From Octopus vulgaris (lineage: Eukaryota): a DNA stretch of 64,000 bases. The stretch is taken from contig OX597814.1 of the NCBI GenBank assembly GCA_951406725.2, forward strand, positions 46,500,001-46,564,000, given 5' to 3'. A model generated the notes under the pieces. It saw only the letters and a list, made by a program, of their open reading frames with translations. It was not told the origin of the DNA and did not search any database. Numbering within the stretch: position 1 is the stretch's first letter; the number at the start of each line of letters is the position of its first letter. Shown here in pieces: positions 1 to 16,569 of the stretch. A program made the position numbers and the translations under genes.

Positions 1-392
1 GTGTGGTTCAATTGATTACATCCGACGTTATAATTCAAATGCCCCAACCAACAGCGCGCCAAACTCTCACGGAAAACAAATACAGCATTTAGAAATAAAT
101 GCAGCATAATTATAATTAATTAATAAGGGTGAGAGAATTAGATACTCAATTTAATAGTATATTTATTCCACACCAGAGTGGTCTAGTGCTACGAGAAACC
201 TGGATTATTATAATATTTTATAACATATTATAATATTTTCACAAAATAAATATAAGAGAGTGGTCACTATATTGATCACTCCTAGCACCAGTTAATCCAA
301 AAGGTTTCAACCACGAAAATACATGTTCCCATGAAAGCCAGTACGACTGTTAGCTCACACGGACAGGGCAAATAAAAAATAACAAAAATACA

Positions 393-482
393 GATTATTT
401 TGGGACAATTGTTTCGCTATTAATGAATTAAATGTAATATTACTTACAATAATCCATTTGTAGCTCGTCAGCCAAGACTATC
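393..482 (-). ncRNA. Type I hammerhead ribozyme, array copy 1
   Basis: Minus strand: stem I GATAGTCTTGG, core CTGACGA, stem II GCTA...TAGC, GAAAC-AATT-GTC, stem I' CCAAAATAATC. Confidence 0.85.
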
Positions 483-925
483 TGGATGAAATCCACTCAA
501 TCACACGCCAGATTTTACCATAACGATAAATACGCGTGTGGTTCAATTGATTACATCCGACGTTATAATTCAAATGTTCCCCAACCAACAGCGCGCCAAA
601 CTCTCACGGAAAACAAATACAGCATTTAGAAATAAATGCAGCATAATTATAATTAATTACAAGGGTGAGAGATTAGATACTAATTTAATAGTATATTTAT
701 TCCACACAAAGTGGCCTAGTGCTACGAGAAACCTGGATTATTATAATATTTTATAACATATTATAATATTTTCACAAAATAAATATAAGAGAGTGGTCAC
801 TATATTGATCACTCTAGCACCAGTTAATCCAAAAGGTTTCAACCACGAAAATACATGTTTCCCATGAAAGCCAGTACGACTGTTAGCTCACACGGACAGG
901 GCAAATAAAAAATAACAAAAATACA

Positions 926-1015
926 GATTATTTTGGGACAATTGTTTCGCTATTAATGAATTAAATGTAATATTACTTACAATAATCCATTTGTAGCTCG
1001 TCAGCCAAGACTATC
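926..1015 (-). ncRNA. Type I hammerhead ribozyme, array copy 2
   Basis: Same motif as copy 1, 533 bp downstream. Confidence 0.85.
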
Positions 1016-1457
1016 TGGATGAAATCCACTCAATCACACGCCAGATTTTACCATAACGATAAATACGCGTGTGGTTCAATTGATTACATCCGACGTTATA
1101 ATTCAAATGCCCCAACCAACAGCGCGCCAAACTCTCACGGAAAACAAATACAGCATTTAGAAATAAATGCAGCATAATTATAATTAATTAATAAGGGTGA
1201 GAGAATTAGATACTAATTTAATAGTATATTTATTCCACACCAAGTGGCCTAGTGCTACTAGAAACCTGGATTATTATAATATTTTATAACATATTATAAT
1301 ATTTTCACAAAATAAATATAAGAGAGTGGTCACTATATTGATCACTCTAGCACCAGTTAATCCAAAGGTTTCAACCACGAAAATACATGTTTCCCATGAA
1401 AGCCAGTACGACTGTTAGCTCACACGGACAGGGCAAATAAAAAATAACAAAAATACA

Positions 1458-1547
1458 GATTATTTTGGGACAATTGTTTCGCTATTAATGAATTAAATGT
1501 AATATTACTTACAATAATCCATTTGTAGCTCGTCAGCCAAGACTATC
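1458..1547 (-). ncRNA. Type I hammerhead ribozyme, array copy 3
   Basis: Same motif, 532 bp after copy 2. Confidence 0.85.
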
Positions 1548-1940
1548 TGGATGAAATCCACTCAATCACACGCCAGATTTTACCATAACGATAAATACGC
1601 GTGTGGTTCAATTGATTACATCCGACGTTATAATTCAAATGCCCCAACCAACAGCGCGCCAAACTCCTCACGGAAAACAAATACAGCATTTAGAAATAAA
1701 TGCAGCATAATTATAATTAATTAATAAGGGTGAGAGAATTAGATACTAATTTAATCTCTCACCCTTATTAATTAATTATAATTATGCTGCATTTATTTCT
1801 AAATGCTGTATTTGTTTTCCGTGAGAGTTTGGCGCGCTGTTGGTTGGGGCATTTGAATTATAACGTCGGATGTATCACTGAACCACACGCGTATTTATCG
1901 TTATGGTAAAATCTGGCGTGTGATTGAGTGGATTCATCCA

Positions 1941-2031
1941 GATAGTCTTGGCTGACGAGCTACAAATGGATTATTGTAAGTAATATTACATTTAATCTCA
2001 TTAATAGCGAAACAATTGTCCCAAAATAATC
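1941..2031 (+). ncRNA. Type I hammerhead ribozyme, array copy 4 (inverted arm)
   Basis: CTGACGA 1952-1958, GCTA/TAGC stem II, GAAAC 2009-2013, GTC 2018-2020, TTGG/CCAA stem I. Confidence 0.85.
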
Positions 2032-2456
2032 TGTATTTTGTTATTTTTTATTTGCCCTGTCCGTGTGAGCTAACAGTCGTACTGGCTTTCATGGGAAACA
2101 TGTATTTTCGTGGTTGAAACCTTTTTGGATTAACTGGTGCTAGAGTGATCAATATAGTGACCACTCTCTTATATTTATTTTGTGAAAATATTATAATAAT
2201 CCAGGTTTCTCCAGTAGCACTAGGCCACTTGGTGTGGAATAAATATACTATTAAATTAGTATCTAATTCTCTCACCCTTATTAATTAATTATAATTATGC
2301 CGCATTATTTCTAAATGCTGTATTTGTTTTCCGTGAGAGTTTGGCGCGCTGTTGGTTGGGGCATTTGGAATTATAACGTCGGATGTAATCAATTGAACCA
2401 CACGCGTATTTATCGTTATGGTAAAATCTGGCGTGTGATTGAGTGGATTTCATCCA

Positions 2457-2546
2457 GATAGTCTTGGCTGACGAGCTACAAATGGATTATTGTAAGTAAT
2501 ATTACATTTAATTCATTAATAGCGAAACAATTGTCCCAAAATAATC
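2457..2546 (+). ncRNA. Type I hammerhead ribozyme, array copy 5 (inverted arm)
   Basis: Full motif intact; the next copy (2911-2986) has lost the CTGACGA core by deletion. Confidence 0.85.
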
Positions 2547-3261
2547 TGTATTTTTGTTATTTTTTATTTGCCCTGTCCGTGTGAGCTAACAGTCGTACTG
2601 GCTTTCATGGGAAACATGTATTTTCGTGGTTGAAACCTTTTGGATTAACTGGTTAGAGTGATCAATATAGTGACCACTTTATATTTATTTTGAAATATTA
2701 TAATATGTTATAAAATATTATAATAATCCAGGTTTCTCAAAGCGATTAAATTAGTATCTAATTCTCTCAAATTATAATTATGCTGCATTATTATTTGTTT
2801 TCCGTGAGAGTTTGGTGCGCTGTTGGTTGGGGCATTTGAATTATGTAACGTCGGATGTATCAATAACCACACGCGTATTTATAGTTATGGTTAATTGAGT
2901 GGATCATCCAGATAGTCTTACAAATGGATTATTGTAAGTAATATTACATTTAATTCATTAATAGAAACAATTGTCCCAAAATAATCTGTATTTTTGTTAT
3001 TTTTTATTTGCCCTGTCCGTGTGAGCTAACAGTCGTACTGGCTTTCATGGGAAACATGTATTTTCGTGGTTGAAACCTTTTGGATTAACTGGTGCTAGAG
3101 TGATCAATATAGTGACCACTCTCTTATATTTATTTTGTGAAAATATTATAATATGTTATAAAATATTATAATAATCCAGGTTTCTCGTAGCACTAGGCCA
3201 CTTGGTGTGGAATAAATATACTATTAAATTAGTATCTAATTCTCTCACCCCTATTAATTAA

Positions 3262-3635
<374 letters not shown>

Positions 3636-3641
3636 ATAATC

Positions 3642-4784
3642 CTCCGTCTACGTAGGCTCTGTAGTGACGACCATGACTTTGAGACTCAGTCTCAACGTAT
3701 GGCTCACCACTTCACCCTACGTGGATACCCCCTCACCACTATCCACACCGCCCTTGCTAGAGCACGGTCCGTGGACCGTGTATCTGCTCTCTCTCCCCGA
3801 ACCCGCCCTGTAGTCTCCCGCCTCCCTTTTCCCCTCACTTACCACCCCATGACCCTACGTCTCCAACGCACCATTCTTCGAGCTTTCCGTCATCTCCAGT
3901 CCGACCCGTCCACTTCACACCTCTTCCCTAACCGACCCCTCCCCTCTTTCAAACGAGCCCACAACCTTCGGGACCTTTTGGTCCATAGCTCCTTCCCTGA
4001 CCCTACCTCCCAACCCGGCTCGTTCCCCTGCTCCCGCCCACGTTGCCGCACTTGCCCTTACATCTCCAACACCACCCGCCTCACTAGCACCCACCATCGA
4101 CCCTATCCCATCATCCACTCCTTCACCTGCACCTCCAGCAATATTATCTATTGCATCTCTTGCTCTCTCTGCAATTCCTTGTACATCGGACAAACGGGAC
4201 GCCGCTTGGCTGACCGGTTCGCGGAACACCTTCGTGACATCCACCTTGCGAACGACACACCGGTCTCACGTCATTTCCGCTCAACCGGTCACTCCTTGCA
4301 ACACCTATCTGTGTTCGGTTTGTCCTTACACAGAGGCCATCCGGATTCCCGTTTGCGCCGTGAACAGGAATTAATCTTCTCTCTTCGCTCTTATACGCCA
4401 TTTGGTCTCAACTCTCCCCCCTCCTCATCTAACCTCACCCCCCTCCTCACCTATCCTTTCTCCCCCGACCCCTACTTCTTCAGTCCTTCATCCTTTCACC
4501 CCTACTCCCCTTCCCTTCTTCCCTCTTTCTCCCTCCCTCTTCCCCTCCCTCTGCTACCTCACTCCCTCTCTCCCCTTCTCTCTCCCCCTCTCCCTCTTTC
4601 CTCCTTCATCCCCCTCATCCCCTTCCTTCTCCCCCATCCTCTCCTCTCCCCCTTCTCCTCCCCCTCTTCTTCCCCTCCCCTTCTCTCCCCTCTTCTCTCC
4701 CTCCCCCTCTTCTCCTCACTACACCACATGACTTTACACATCACATCACATATGATGTGCCATACTAATACACACACCAACTAA
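3642..4784 (+). CDS. C-terminal part of Penelope-like RT/GIY-YIG endonuclease ORF (homologous part ends ~4415, rest low complexity)
   Basis: [69 protein letters not shown] are characteristic PLE GIY-YIG motifs. Confidence 0.85.
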   Translation, partial: LRLRRLCSDDHDFETQSQRMAHHFTLRGYPLTTIHTALARARSVDRVSALSPRTRPVVSRLPFPLTYHPMTLRLQRTILRAFRHLQSDPSTSHLFPNRPLPSFKRAHNLRDLLVHSSFPDPTSQPGSFPCSRPRCRTCPYISNTTRLTSTHHRPYPIIHSFTCTSSNIIYCISCSLCNSLYIGQTGRRLADRFAEHLRDIHLANDTPVSRHFRSTGHSLQHLSVFGLSLHRGHPDSRLRREQELIFSLRSYTPFGLNSPPSSSNLTPLLTYPFSPDPYFFSPSSFHPYSPSLLPSFSLPLPLPLLPHSLSPLLSPPLPLSSFIPLIPFLLPHPLLSPFSSPSSSPPLLSPLLSLPLFSSLHHMTLHITSHMMCHTNTHTN

Positions 4785-5008
4785 TACCTACTAATACGTA
4801 CTAATACATACTAGTACATACTAATACTTACACCAACCCTATACATACACACGTCCAGACCCCGCATACGCACTTATACTCTCTCACACACACACACACA
4901 CACACCTATACATACCAATACGTACTAATACATACTAATACATACTAATACATGCACCAACCCCATACATACGCACGTCCAGACCAATCTTACGCACTAA
5001 TACTCTCT

Positions 5009-5045
<37 letters not shown>

Positions 5046-5277
5046 ATACATACTAATACATACACCAACCCTATACATACACACATCCAGACCCCTCCCA
5101 CGCACTTTTAGCTGGTCCCTCAACCCGTTTATCAACCCTATTATCTCCCCTTATTTCGCTCTCGCGTCTCATGTTTGATCTTTGACCTCTGGCCGAAATC
5201 AGATCGCCATGTTGATTCGTTAGCTACTGCACGCATTTTTTTCTCTCCTTCTTTCTGTGTTTTTCTCTCTCTGTGTA

Positions 5278-5315
5278 TCTTTCTGTTGAAGAGCGTAGGC
5301 TCGAAACGTTAAAGA
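5278..5315 (+). ncRNA. Minimal type I hammerhead-like motif in the Penelope terminal region
   Basis: TCTTT-CTGTTGA-A-GAGC(GTAG)GCTC-GAAAC-GTT-AAAGA; stems I and II pair, palindromic AACGTT at stem III; core deviates from CUGANGA. Confidence 0.65.
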
Positions 5316-5414
5316 CTTGTTTTATTTATATTTCCTGAGCGCCATACTAATACAATTGTTCGTTTGTTTTCCACCTGCCTTCGTCTTTTGTTTATTTTCA
5401 TAAAGCTTCCCGTT

Positions 5415-6817
<1,403 letters not shown>

Positions 6818-7144
6818 CGGGGACCCTGCCACAGAGACACGAGGCAGATGGACAAACCATCAACACAAAGAAAAGGGATGGACCACGCACCACCTGCCCC
6901 AAAGCGGAGGTACGCAGATGTTGTGCGCGCCACAAACAGCCAACATGATGTTGTCGAAAGAGCAGCTGCTGAGCAACAATCTTTTTTGTGCATGGCACAA
7001 AAGATTGTACAGCAGCTGACCTGGCTTCATCAAACCCAAGCCCGCAGGTGGGACTACCCACTATATACCAGACCACCACAGCAAACAGACACAGGATGGA
7101 CACCGCCGGCAACAACGTACACCTCACCTCGATACTCCTACTGA
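6818..7144 (+). CDS. Probable C-terminal remnant of LINE ORF1
   Basis: Open frame overlapping the start of ORF2 in a different frame; YADVV and QSFL segments followed by a Q/P/T-rich tail. Mostly positional inference. Confidence 0.45.
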   Translation, partial: RGPCHRDTRQMDKPSTQRKGMDHAPPAPKRRYADVVRATNSQHDVVERAAAEQQSFLCMAQKIVQQLTWLHQTQARRWDYPLYTRPPQQTDTGWTPPATTYTSPRYSY

Positions 7145-10092
7145 ACATCAGAGGACTGCAAACACTCAGTAACAGGACAAAGATCCCGTTCCTGAGAGAC
7201 TTTGTTGCATGCAATCAAGCCATATGCATAGCACTTACAGAAACGCACCTGAAACCGGACATAGCAGATGCGGAGTTACACATACCACAGTATGCTGTAC
7301 TACGGACCGACAGGAAAGAAAGGAGTCATGGAGGTGTTGCTATGTACATCCGTGAGGACCTCACACCCCAGGTCCTCTTGTCATACTCAAACTCGGTGTG
7401 TGACACACTAATTGTACATATTAGGCAACTTGATGTAGTTGTGTGTGCTACATATCGCCCTCCAGATGCCCCAAGCCATGTGGGCAAGTTTGAAGACTGC
7501 CTTATAAAAATAGAAGAAATTCTAACCACATTAGAACAACACATAGGTGTGCTTCTTATGGGAGACTTCAATCTGCCCAATGTCAGATGGCCCGAGGGCC
7601 TTTCTCTCCCAGGAATGACAAGATGTGAACGAGGACAGGCGAGGTCCCTCCTGAACCTCACCAACACCCTGTACATGGAGCAGGTAATACTCCAACCAAC
7701 CAGGGCAGGTAACACACTGGATCTCTGCTTCACAAATGACATGGATCTCATCCATAATGTGAAAGTGACACCGACACTACTCTCGGATCACAACATGATA
7801 GAGCTGACCATGTACGGGCCAAAAGAGAGCACGGACATGCAGCCTACAAGAAACCCTCAAAATCTTTCCAGCTTGAACTACCATAAGGCAAACTGGAAAC
7901 AAATTGAGAAAGAGATCCTCAAACAAAACTGGCCTAAATGTCTCTCCTCGCCAGACATCGACGTGAAACTTCAACAATTCATGTCTGTAATGCAAGCCAT
8001 ATGCTACAAATGTGTCCCAGAGAGAAAGGCCACTGTACACAAGAACAAAATCCCCAGAGAGAGGAAAATTTTAATGAGACGGCGTACGAAATTTTCAAAT
8101 CGCCTAAACAAACAGATTGAAAGCAGTGAAAAGTCCCGCCTAAAAATAAAACTGTTGGAAATCGAAAAATGTCTGCAACTCTCCCATGAAAAAGAAAGAG
8201 CAGACAAAGAAGCCTGGGCTATAGAAAACATAAAATCTAACCCCAGAGCTTTCTACAGGTATGCCAAAGAAACAGCTACAGTGCACTGTAGAATAGGGCC
8301 ACTCCTCGAAAAGGATGGCACACTTACAGGAAAACCAATGAGGGTAAGTGAAATACTGAATGAGCAATTCAAGAGTGTTTTCACTCCACCCCTTGGGCAT
8401 CTCCAAATCACCAATCCAACTGACTTTTTTACCACTGCAGATATAAAATCAGAGGCGGCGACGATAGATTACATCGATATAAAGGAAGACGATGTAACCA
8501 AGGCTATAGATGAAATGAAAACAGACTCAGCTACTGGCCCCGATGGATTCCCGGCAATCCTCCTAAAAGCATGTAAGAGAGTCCTAGCAAGACCACTGCA
8601 GTTCCTCTTTCAGAGCTTCCTTGCAGCTGGCAAACTTCCAGGAAAACTGAAGGAAGGTAAAATATGCCCCATTCATAAAGGAGGTAGCAGAGCGGAAGCC
8701 AAGAACTATAGACCTATCTCTCTGACCTCACACATCAGCAAGGTCATGGAACGAATAGTCAGAAGGAAGCTGATCACCTTCCTTGAAGAGAATGACTTGC
8801 TGCCCGACACCCAACATGGTTTCCGACCAGGGAGAAGCTGTTTAACTCAGCTCCTACAACACTATGACTGGGTGCTGAAACGGCTGCTCAACCACTCAAA
8901 TGTGGAAGTGATATATCTCGACTTTGCAAAGGCCTTTGATAAAGTCGATCATGGAATGATATGTCACAAACTGCGTGATCTCAACATAGTTGGAAAACTG
9001 GGAGAATGGCTTCATGACTTTCTGAAGGATAGAAGTCAGGTGGTAGTAGCCAATGGGGCCACCTCCATTAACACACAAATAGTGAGCGGTGTTCCGCAGG
9101 GCACTGTTCTGGGACCACTACTGTTCATAATGGCCCTCTCAGACATGCCCTCAGCCACGCAGAGAGCCACGATCACAAGTTATGCAGATGATACAAAAGT
9201 TTCACAGGCAATACAGAACCCTGAGGACACTAAACACCTGCAATGTGAGCTGGACGAAATATACAAGTGGGCTGAAAAGAATAGCATGCAGTTCAATGCT
9301 GGAAAGTTTCAAGCTTTATACTATCAGCATGCAAAACTGAATGCAATACCCAATGAATACACTGGACCCGGAGAGATTGCAATCCCAGAGGCACAATCAG
9401 TGCGTGACCTGGGTATTCACATGAGTGATGACGCGACCTTTCATGTACATGTTGCTAAACTGACAATGAAATGTAGACGGCTGGCTGGATGGATTCTTAG
9501 AACCTTTAGAACAAGAGAACAAGAAACCATGATGGTCCTCTGGAAGACACTTGTCCTAAGCCACTTTGACTATTGCTCTCAGCTATGGTCACCATCCAGT
9601 GTCAAGTTGATCACAGAACTTGAGGCGATCCAACGAAGCTACACAAAGAAGATAGCCTCTATGCAGAATGTAAGCTACTGGGAAAGACTCAAGAGATTAA
9701 AATTATATTCCCTGGAGCGTAGGCGGGAAAGATATGCCATAATATACATCTGGAAGATCCTGGAGGGAAGTGTCCTGAACTTTGGCATCGAGAGTTACGC
9801 AAATGCCAGAACTGGGCGCCACTGCGTGGTGCCTAGGACTCCAAACCTGCCATCAAGATGTAGGACAAGATACTGTGATAGCCTGGGCTTCCGAGGCCCA
9901 CAGCTCTTCAATATCCTCCCGAAGAACCTGAGAGACCTGCATGGGGTGGATACAGATGTCTTTAAAATGAAGCTGGATCTCTTCCTGTCAGGTGTCCCAG
10001 ATGAACCAACTTCACGGCAGGAGGGGCAGATGAGGGCAGCTGCATCGAACTCTCTCATGCACCAAATAGCAGTTGCTAGAAAGCCTCCATGA
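6988..10092 (+). CDS. LINE ORF2: apurinic-like endonuclease + reverse transcriptase (1034 aa, uninterrupted)
   Basis: APE motifs LNIRGL, ALTETHL, YRPP, MGDFNLP, TLDL, SDH; RT motifs [44 protein letters not shown]. First ATG at 7096. Confidence 0.95.
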   Translation: MHGTKDCTAADLASSNPSPQVGLPTIYQTTTANRHRMDTAGNNVHLTSILLLNIRGLQTLSNRTKIPFLRDFVACNQAICIALTETHLKPDIADAELHIPQYAVLRTDRKERSHGGVAMYIREDLTPQVLLSYSNSVCDTLIVHIRQLDVVVCATYRPPDAPSHVGKFEDCLIKIEEILTTLEQHIGVLLMGDFNLPNVRWPEGLSLPGMTRCERGQARSLLNLTNTLYMEQVILQPTRAGNTLDLCFTNDMDLIHNVKVTPTLLSDHNMIELTMYGPKESTDMQPTRNPQNLSSLNYHKANWKQIEKEILKQNWPKCLSSPDIDVKLQQFMSVMQAICYKCVPERKATVHKNKIPRERKILMRRRTKFSNRLNKQIESSEKSRLKIKLLEIEKCLQLSHEKERADKEAWAIENIKSNPRAFYRYAKETATVHCRIGPLLEKDGTLTGKPMRVSEILNEQFKSVFTPPLGHLQITNPTDFFTTADIKSEAATIDYIDIKEDDVTKAIDEMKTDSATGPDGFPAILLKACKRVLARPLQFLFQSFLAAGKLPGKLKEGKICPIHKGGSRAEAKNYRPISLTSHISKVMERIVRRKLITFLEENDLLPDTQHGFRPGRSCLTQLLQHYDWVLKRLLNHSNVEVIYLDFAKAFDKVDHGMICHKLRDLNIVGKLGEWLHDFLKDRSQVVVANGATSINTQIVSGVPQGTVLGPLLFIMALSDMPSATQRATITSYADDTKVSQAIQNPEDTKHLQCELDEIYKWAEKNSMQFNAGKFQALYYQHAKLNAIPNEYTGPGEIAIPEAQSVRDLGIHMSDDATFHVHVAKLTMKCRRLAGWILRTFRTREQETMMVLWKTLVLSHFDYCSQLWSPSSVKLITELEAIQRSYTKKIASMQNVSYWERLKRLKLYSLERRRERYAIIYIWKILEGSVLNFGIESYANARTGRHCVVPRTPNLPSRCRTRYCDSLGFRGPQLFNILPKNLRDLHGVDTDVFKMKLDLFLSGVPDEPTSRQEGQMRAAASNSLMHQIAVARKPP

Positions 10093-10185
10093 AGTGAAAC
10101 CAAGTAGCAACACCAAATGGCGGTGCCCCAGCATGGCCACAGCTCATAAGCTGAAACTAGAATCAATCAATCAATCAATCAATCA

Positions 10186-13138
<2,953 letters not shown>

Positions 13139-13418
13139 GAGGCATCCAGCTGTAGAAACACTGCCAGACTTTGGTGCAGCCTCTGGCTTCAGACCAGTTG
13201 GAACCGTCCAACCCATGCTAGCAAGCGGACGCAAACGATGATGATGATATATATAAATATATATATATATATCATCATCATCGTTTAACGTCCGCTTTCC
13301 ATGCTAGCTTGGGTTGGACGGTTCAACTGGGGTCTGGGAAGCCAGAAGGCTGCACCAAGCCCAATCTGATCTGGCAGTGTTTCTACAGCTGGATGCCCTT
13401 CCTAACACCAACCACTCC

Positions 13419-13419
<1 letters not shown>
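13139..13419. mobile_element. Two tail-to-tail short RTE 3'-end / RTE-tailed SINE fragments
   Basis: GGCATCCAGCTGTAGAAAC...CCAACCCATGCTAGC...(GAT)n on + (13139-13248) and its reverse complement (13271-13419); same tail as the RTE at 31712-33050. Confidence 0.8.
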
Positions 13420-13474
<55 letters not shown>

Positions 13475-13711
13475 ACACACATATATATGTATGTATGTAT
13501 ATGTATGTATATGTATATATATATGTATGTATATGTATATATATATGTATGTATATGTATATATATATGTATGTGTGTATATATATATGTATGTGTATAT
13601 ATATATATATATATGTATGTACTATAATATATATATATATATGTGTATGTATATATATATATATATGTGTGTGTGTATATATATATATATATATGTATGT
13701 ATATATATATA
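13420..13711. repeat. (TA)/(TG) mixed microsatellite
   Basis: Direct reading. Confidence 0.9.
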
Positions 13712-14394
13712 ATGTTTGATGTGTTCCTGTGAACTTTACATGTGTAAAAGGTTAGTACATTGTATTGATTTGGTATATCTTTATGTATATATTTACACTC
13801 AGTGTCAAATCTTATGTCCTTCTTTGCAATTTCTAAAGGAAATATTTGCCTACTTTAAGATAGTTAAATAATTTCATTATGTTTCCTGAAATTTATTTTG
13901 TAGCTTCGAATGAATTTTCCACCATTGCTGGGGTTTTTTTCTGGGGTGGTAGTAGTTGTGGGACTAATAAAAAAAAGAACAGTGCAAATTATAATTTCAA
14001 AATTTCACTGAATAATTTCTCAACTTGAAGATAATGTTGAATAAACTACAAGGAAATTTAAGTTTTTGCCAAAGCATAAAATAAAAATTGCCTTCATTTC
14101 AAGTATAAGTATTTAGTATGTTGTAATTTTAGTCCTTATAATCTGTACACAAAATCTTCTTAAATAACATGTGATCAAGTGATGACTCAGAGAATAAAAG
14201 AGGATTAATGATCAATAATAGACAATTATTTCTAATCCTTACCTTTAGGTAATTTACCTTATATTCTAATTAAAATCTTTTTTTATAACCTCCTTTGAAA
14301 GTGAAATTCAGAGCTCTCAGCTTAATAATTTCATAGTTTTCTATTGATAACCTGTACCTATAATGTAAGTTTGATTCATCAGTTTCAAATTTCA

Positions 14395-14557
14395 GAGGAG
14401 GGGATAAGTCGATTGCATTAACCCCAGTGCTCACCTGGTATCTATTTTATCAATCCAAAGAGGATAAAAGGCAAAATCAATCTTGGCAAAATTTGAACTC
14501 AGAACATAAAGATGAATGAAATGCCACTAAGCATTTTGCCCAGCATCCTAATGATTC
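14395..14557 (-). mobile_element. tRNA-headed SINE, diverged copy of the family at 63367-63563
   Basis: Shares AAGTCGATT...CCCCAGTGC...CTGGTA...TTTTATC...GAGGATAAAAGG...TTTGAACTCAGAAC with the 63.4-kb copy. Confidence 0.65.
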
Positions 14558-16485
14558 AAATAATGTTTAGATTGACTTTCTCTGTGAAGATTAATAACAG
14601 TTTGAATACTGTTGAACAGTAACATTTATTTCAAATACTTTTTTCGTATTCTCTGGCTGCTGGTGCACCACAACAATATGGATGTTTTTACTGAAATTAT
14701 TTTGTGTACCTCGTATAGTAAGACCAGTTAATAGTAGAGTGTTATATTGTGAAAATCTTGCTAGTTACTATGGTGTCAACTCTACCTGTCTATCTATCTT
14801 TCACACACACACACACTCTCTCTCTCAACAACAACCTGTCATTTAGAGTGAAAAGCTTTTTTTTAAAGTCTGTTGCATTGTCTATGTGTTGAAAGACATA
14901 CAGAAACACATACACACACACACACTAACAACTAAAACAATATTATACATATACATATAAGTGAGACAGAAAATACAGCTGGTGAATAATGTATGGACAG
15001 ACTTGCACTTAAAATTCCCTTGCTTTCAATCAAAACTTGTTACTTACTATCATGACAACATTCTGTTTATCTATTTTTCACTCCCACTCTTGCTCTCTTT
15101 CCCCCCCTCTCTATTTCTCTCCCAATAACAATTTTTTCTCTCTTCCCTTTCTTCCCCTCCTTCACATATATCTTATAATGAACAGACAGTGATCAACTTG
15201 TCTTTTATAATATAAAGATACAAAAAGTTCAATTGTTATCTTTCCTTAATATTTGAACAACATTTATCAAATATTGTCGATCTCAAGAGGTTTAGCAACA
15301 GCTAAACTTCTTATACAGCTATCATTTTTAATATATATATTTGCATATTTAAATTTCTGAGCAGTCACCATACTTCAGATATTTTGATTGATCTCATTTT
15401 AATGGTTTAAATTCTTTCTTTATTTACTTCAAAGAAAAAAATATATTTTCTTTCTTTTCTTCCTCAACTATAATTGTTTACAAAAAGGTAAAGTGAATTT
15501 GTAGTAACTTTCCCTTCAAAATAAAAAAAATTCAACTCCTCATCTTCATTATTTTTCTTTAAATTATATGGATAAACTTATTTCTCTACTTTACTGATCT
15601 TGTTGACATTTTCTGTGAAAAGGATAGGAATTTTTTTGTTTTGTGTTAATTTCTCAGATTTTCAAATATAAATGATATTTAAAATTATTCCACCAAAAAT
15701 TAGAAAATTATTTATCTTACTCTTCCCTGAAAAAGCATTCAAAGTAAAAAAACTGAACTAACAGCCTTGCATCATGCACCGAAGTCATCAAGTAAGGCTG
15801 TACCTTCTTCATAAATTCACTTAGAAATTTTAACCCTTTTATTAACAATGCACCTGATCTCACCTTTTGGTTCTATGATACAAATTTTCTGCTTGAAAGT
15901 GATCTAAAAAAAAAACTATCCATTAAAATTTCTTGCTAATGTCCCAAACACCAGATTAGTAATGGTATTTATTTGAACTCAGAACGTAAAAACAGATGAA
16001 ATACCACTGAGCATTTCGCCCAGCATGTTAACATTTCTGCCAGTTCGCTGCCATAACTTAAACAAAAATATTGAGATACACATCTTTACATCTCTTCCAT
16101 GTTACTTGTGAAAACCCTGCTCTTGCACAGAGCTCCATCAATCCATGTAAAAGAATTGTGTACTTGATTCTGTATTACCTTTTGTTTTGTTGATTTAAGG
16201 ATTTTCAAAGTTTGCCTCTCCTTGCTACAGGTACTTCATTCATCAAAGTTATATTCAACACAGTGTTTCAATACTTCACATATATTTTTCATGTGGTTGA
16301 TGTTTCTGATTTTTATTTCCCTCAGGCTTTCTCTTTCTGTGTGTCTCTCTCTCCCTCCTTTCCTCGCTCCCTCCCTCCTGCCCTACCTACCTACTGATAT
16401 ATGTATATATATATATGTCTGGGATTACTCATATCAGACGGGTGTGTTCGATTTTTAGTGCTCTCAAATTTAAACCTAACGAAAT

Positions 16486-16569
16486 CTTGGGCTGATGACG
16501 GAAATATTGATAGGAGTATGTATTTCTAGCATCTCTATATCCAACTAATCCAGAAACGGCGTTCTCAAG
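16486..16569 (+). ncRNA. Solo type I hammerhead ribozyme with long stem II
   Basis: CTTGGG-CTGATGA-CGGA...TCCA-GAAAC-GGC-GTT-CTCAAG; stem I CTTGGG/CTCAAG pairs; lies in a ~350-bp block between TA repeats. Confidence 0.7.

Larger units (their letters stand above)
1..3260. repeat. Tandem array of a ~533-bp unit: ~3.3 copies in one orientation (1-1755), then ~2.9 inverted copies (1755-3260)
   Basis: GTGTGGTTCAATTGATTACATCCGACG recurs at 1, ~536, ~1069, 1601; the reverse complement of the unit follows from 1755. Copies are near-identical, with deletions in 2640-2990. Confidence 0.95.
3641..5412 (+). mobile_element. 5'-truncated Penelope-like retroelement (Neptune-like), flanked by TA microsatellites
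   Basis: Frame opens at 3642 with the LRLRRLCS thumb motif, then a Cys-rich linker and GIY-YIG endonuclease; 3' region has a pyrimidine tract, TACTAA-type repeats and a minimal hammerhead. Confidence 0.85.

Noticed and set aside
538-2275. 72-75 aa ORFs in the tandem unit
   Set aside because: Not maintained between near-identical copies (indels break them); no motifs.
1-3260. CRISPR-like or rDNA/5S array
   Set aside because: No unique spacers and no recognisable rRNA sequence; eukaryotic context.
7326-10166. Minus-strand ORFs over the LINE
   Set aside because: Antisense shadows of ORF2 with no independent motifs.
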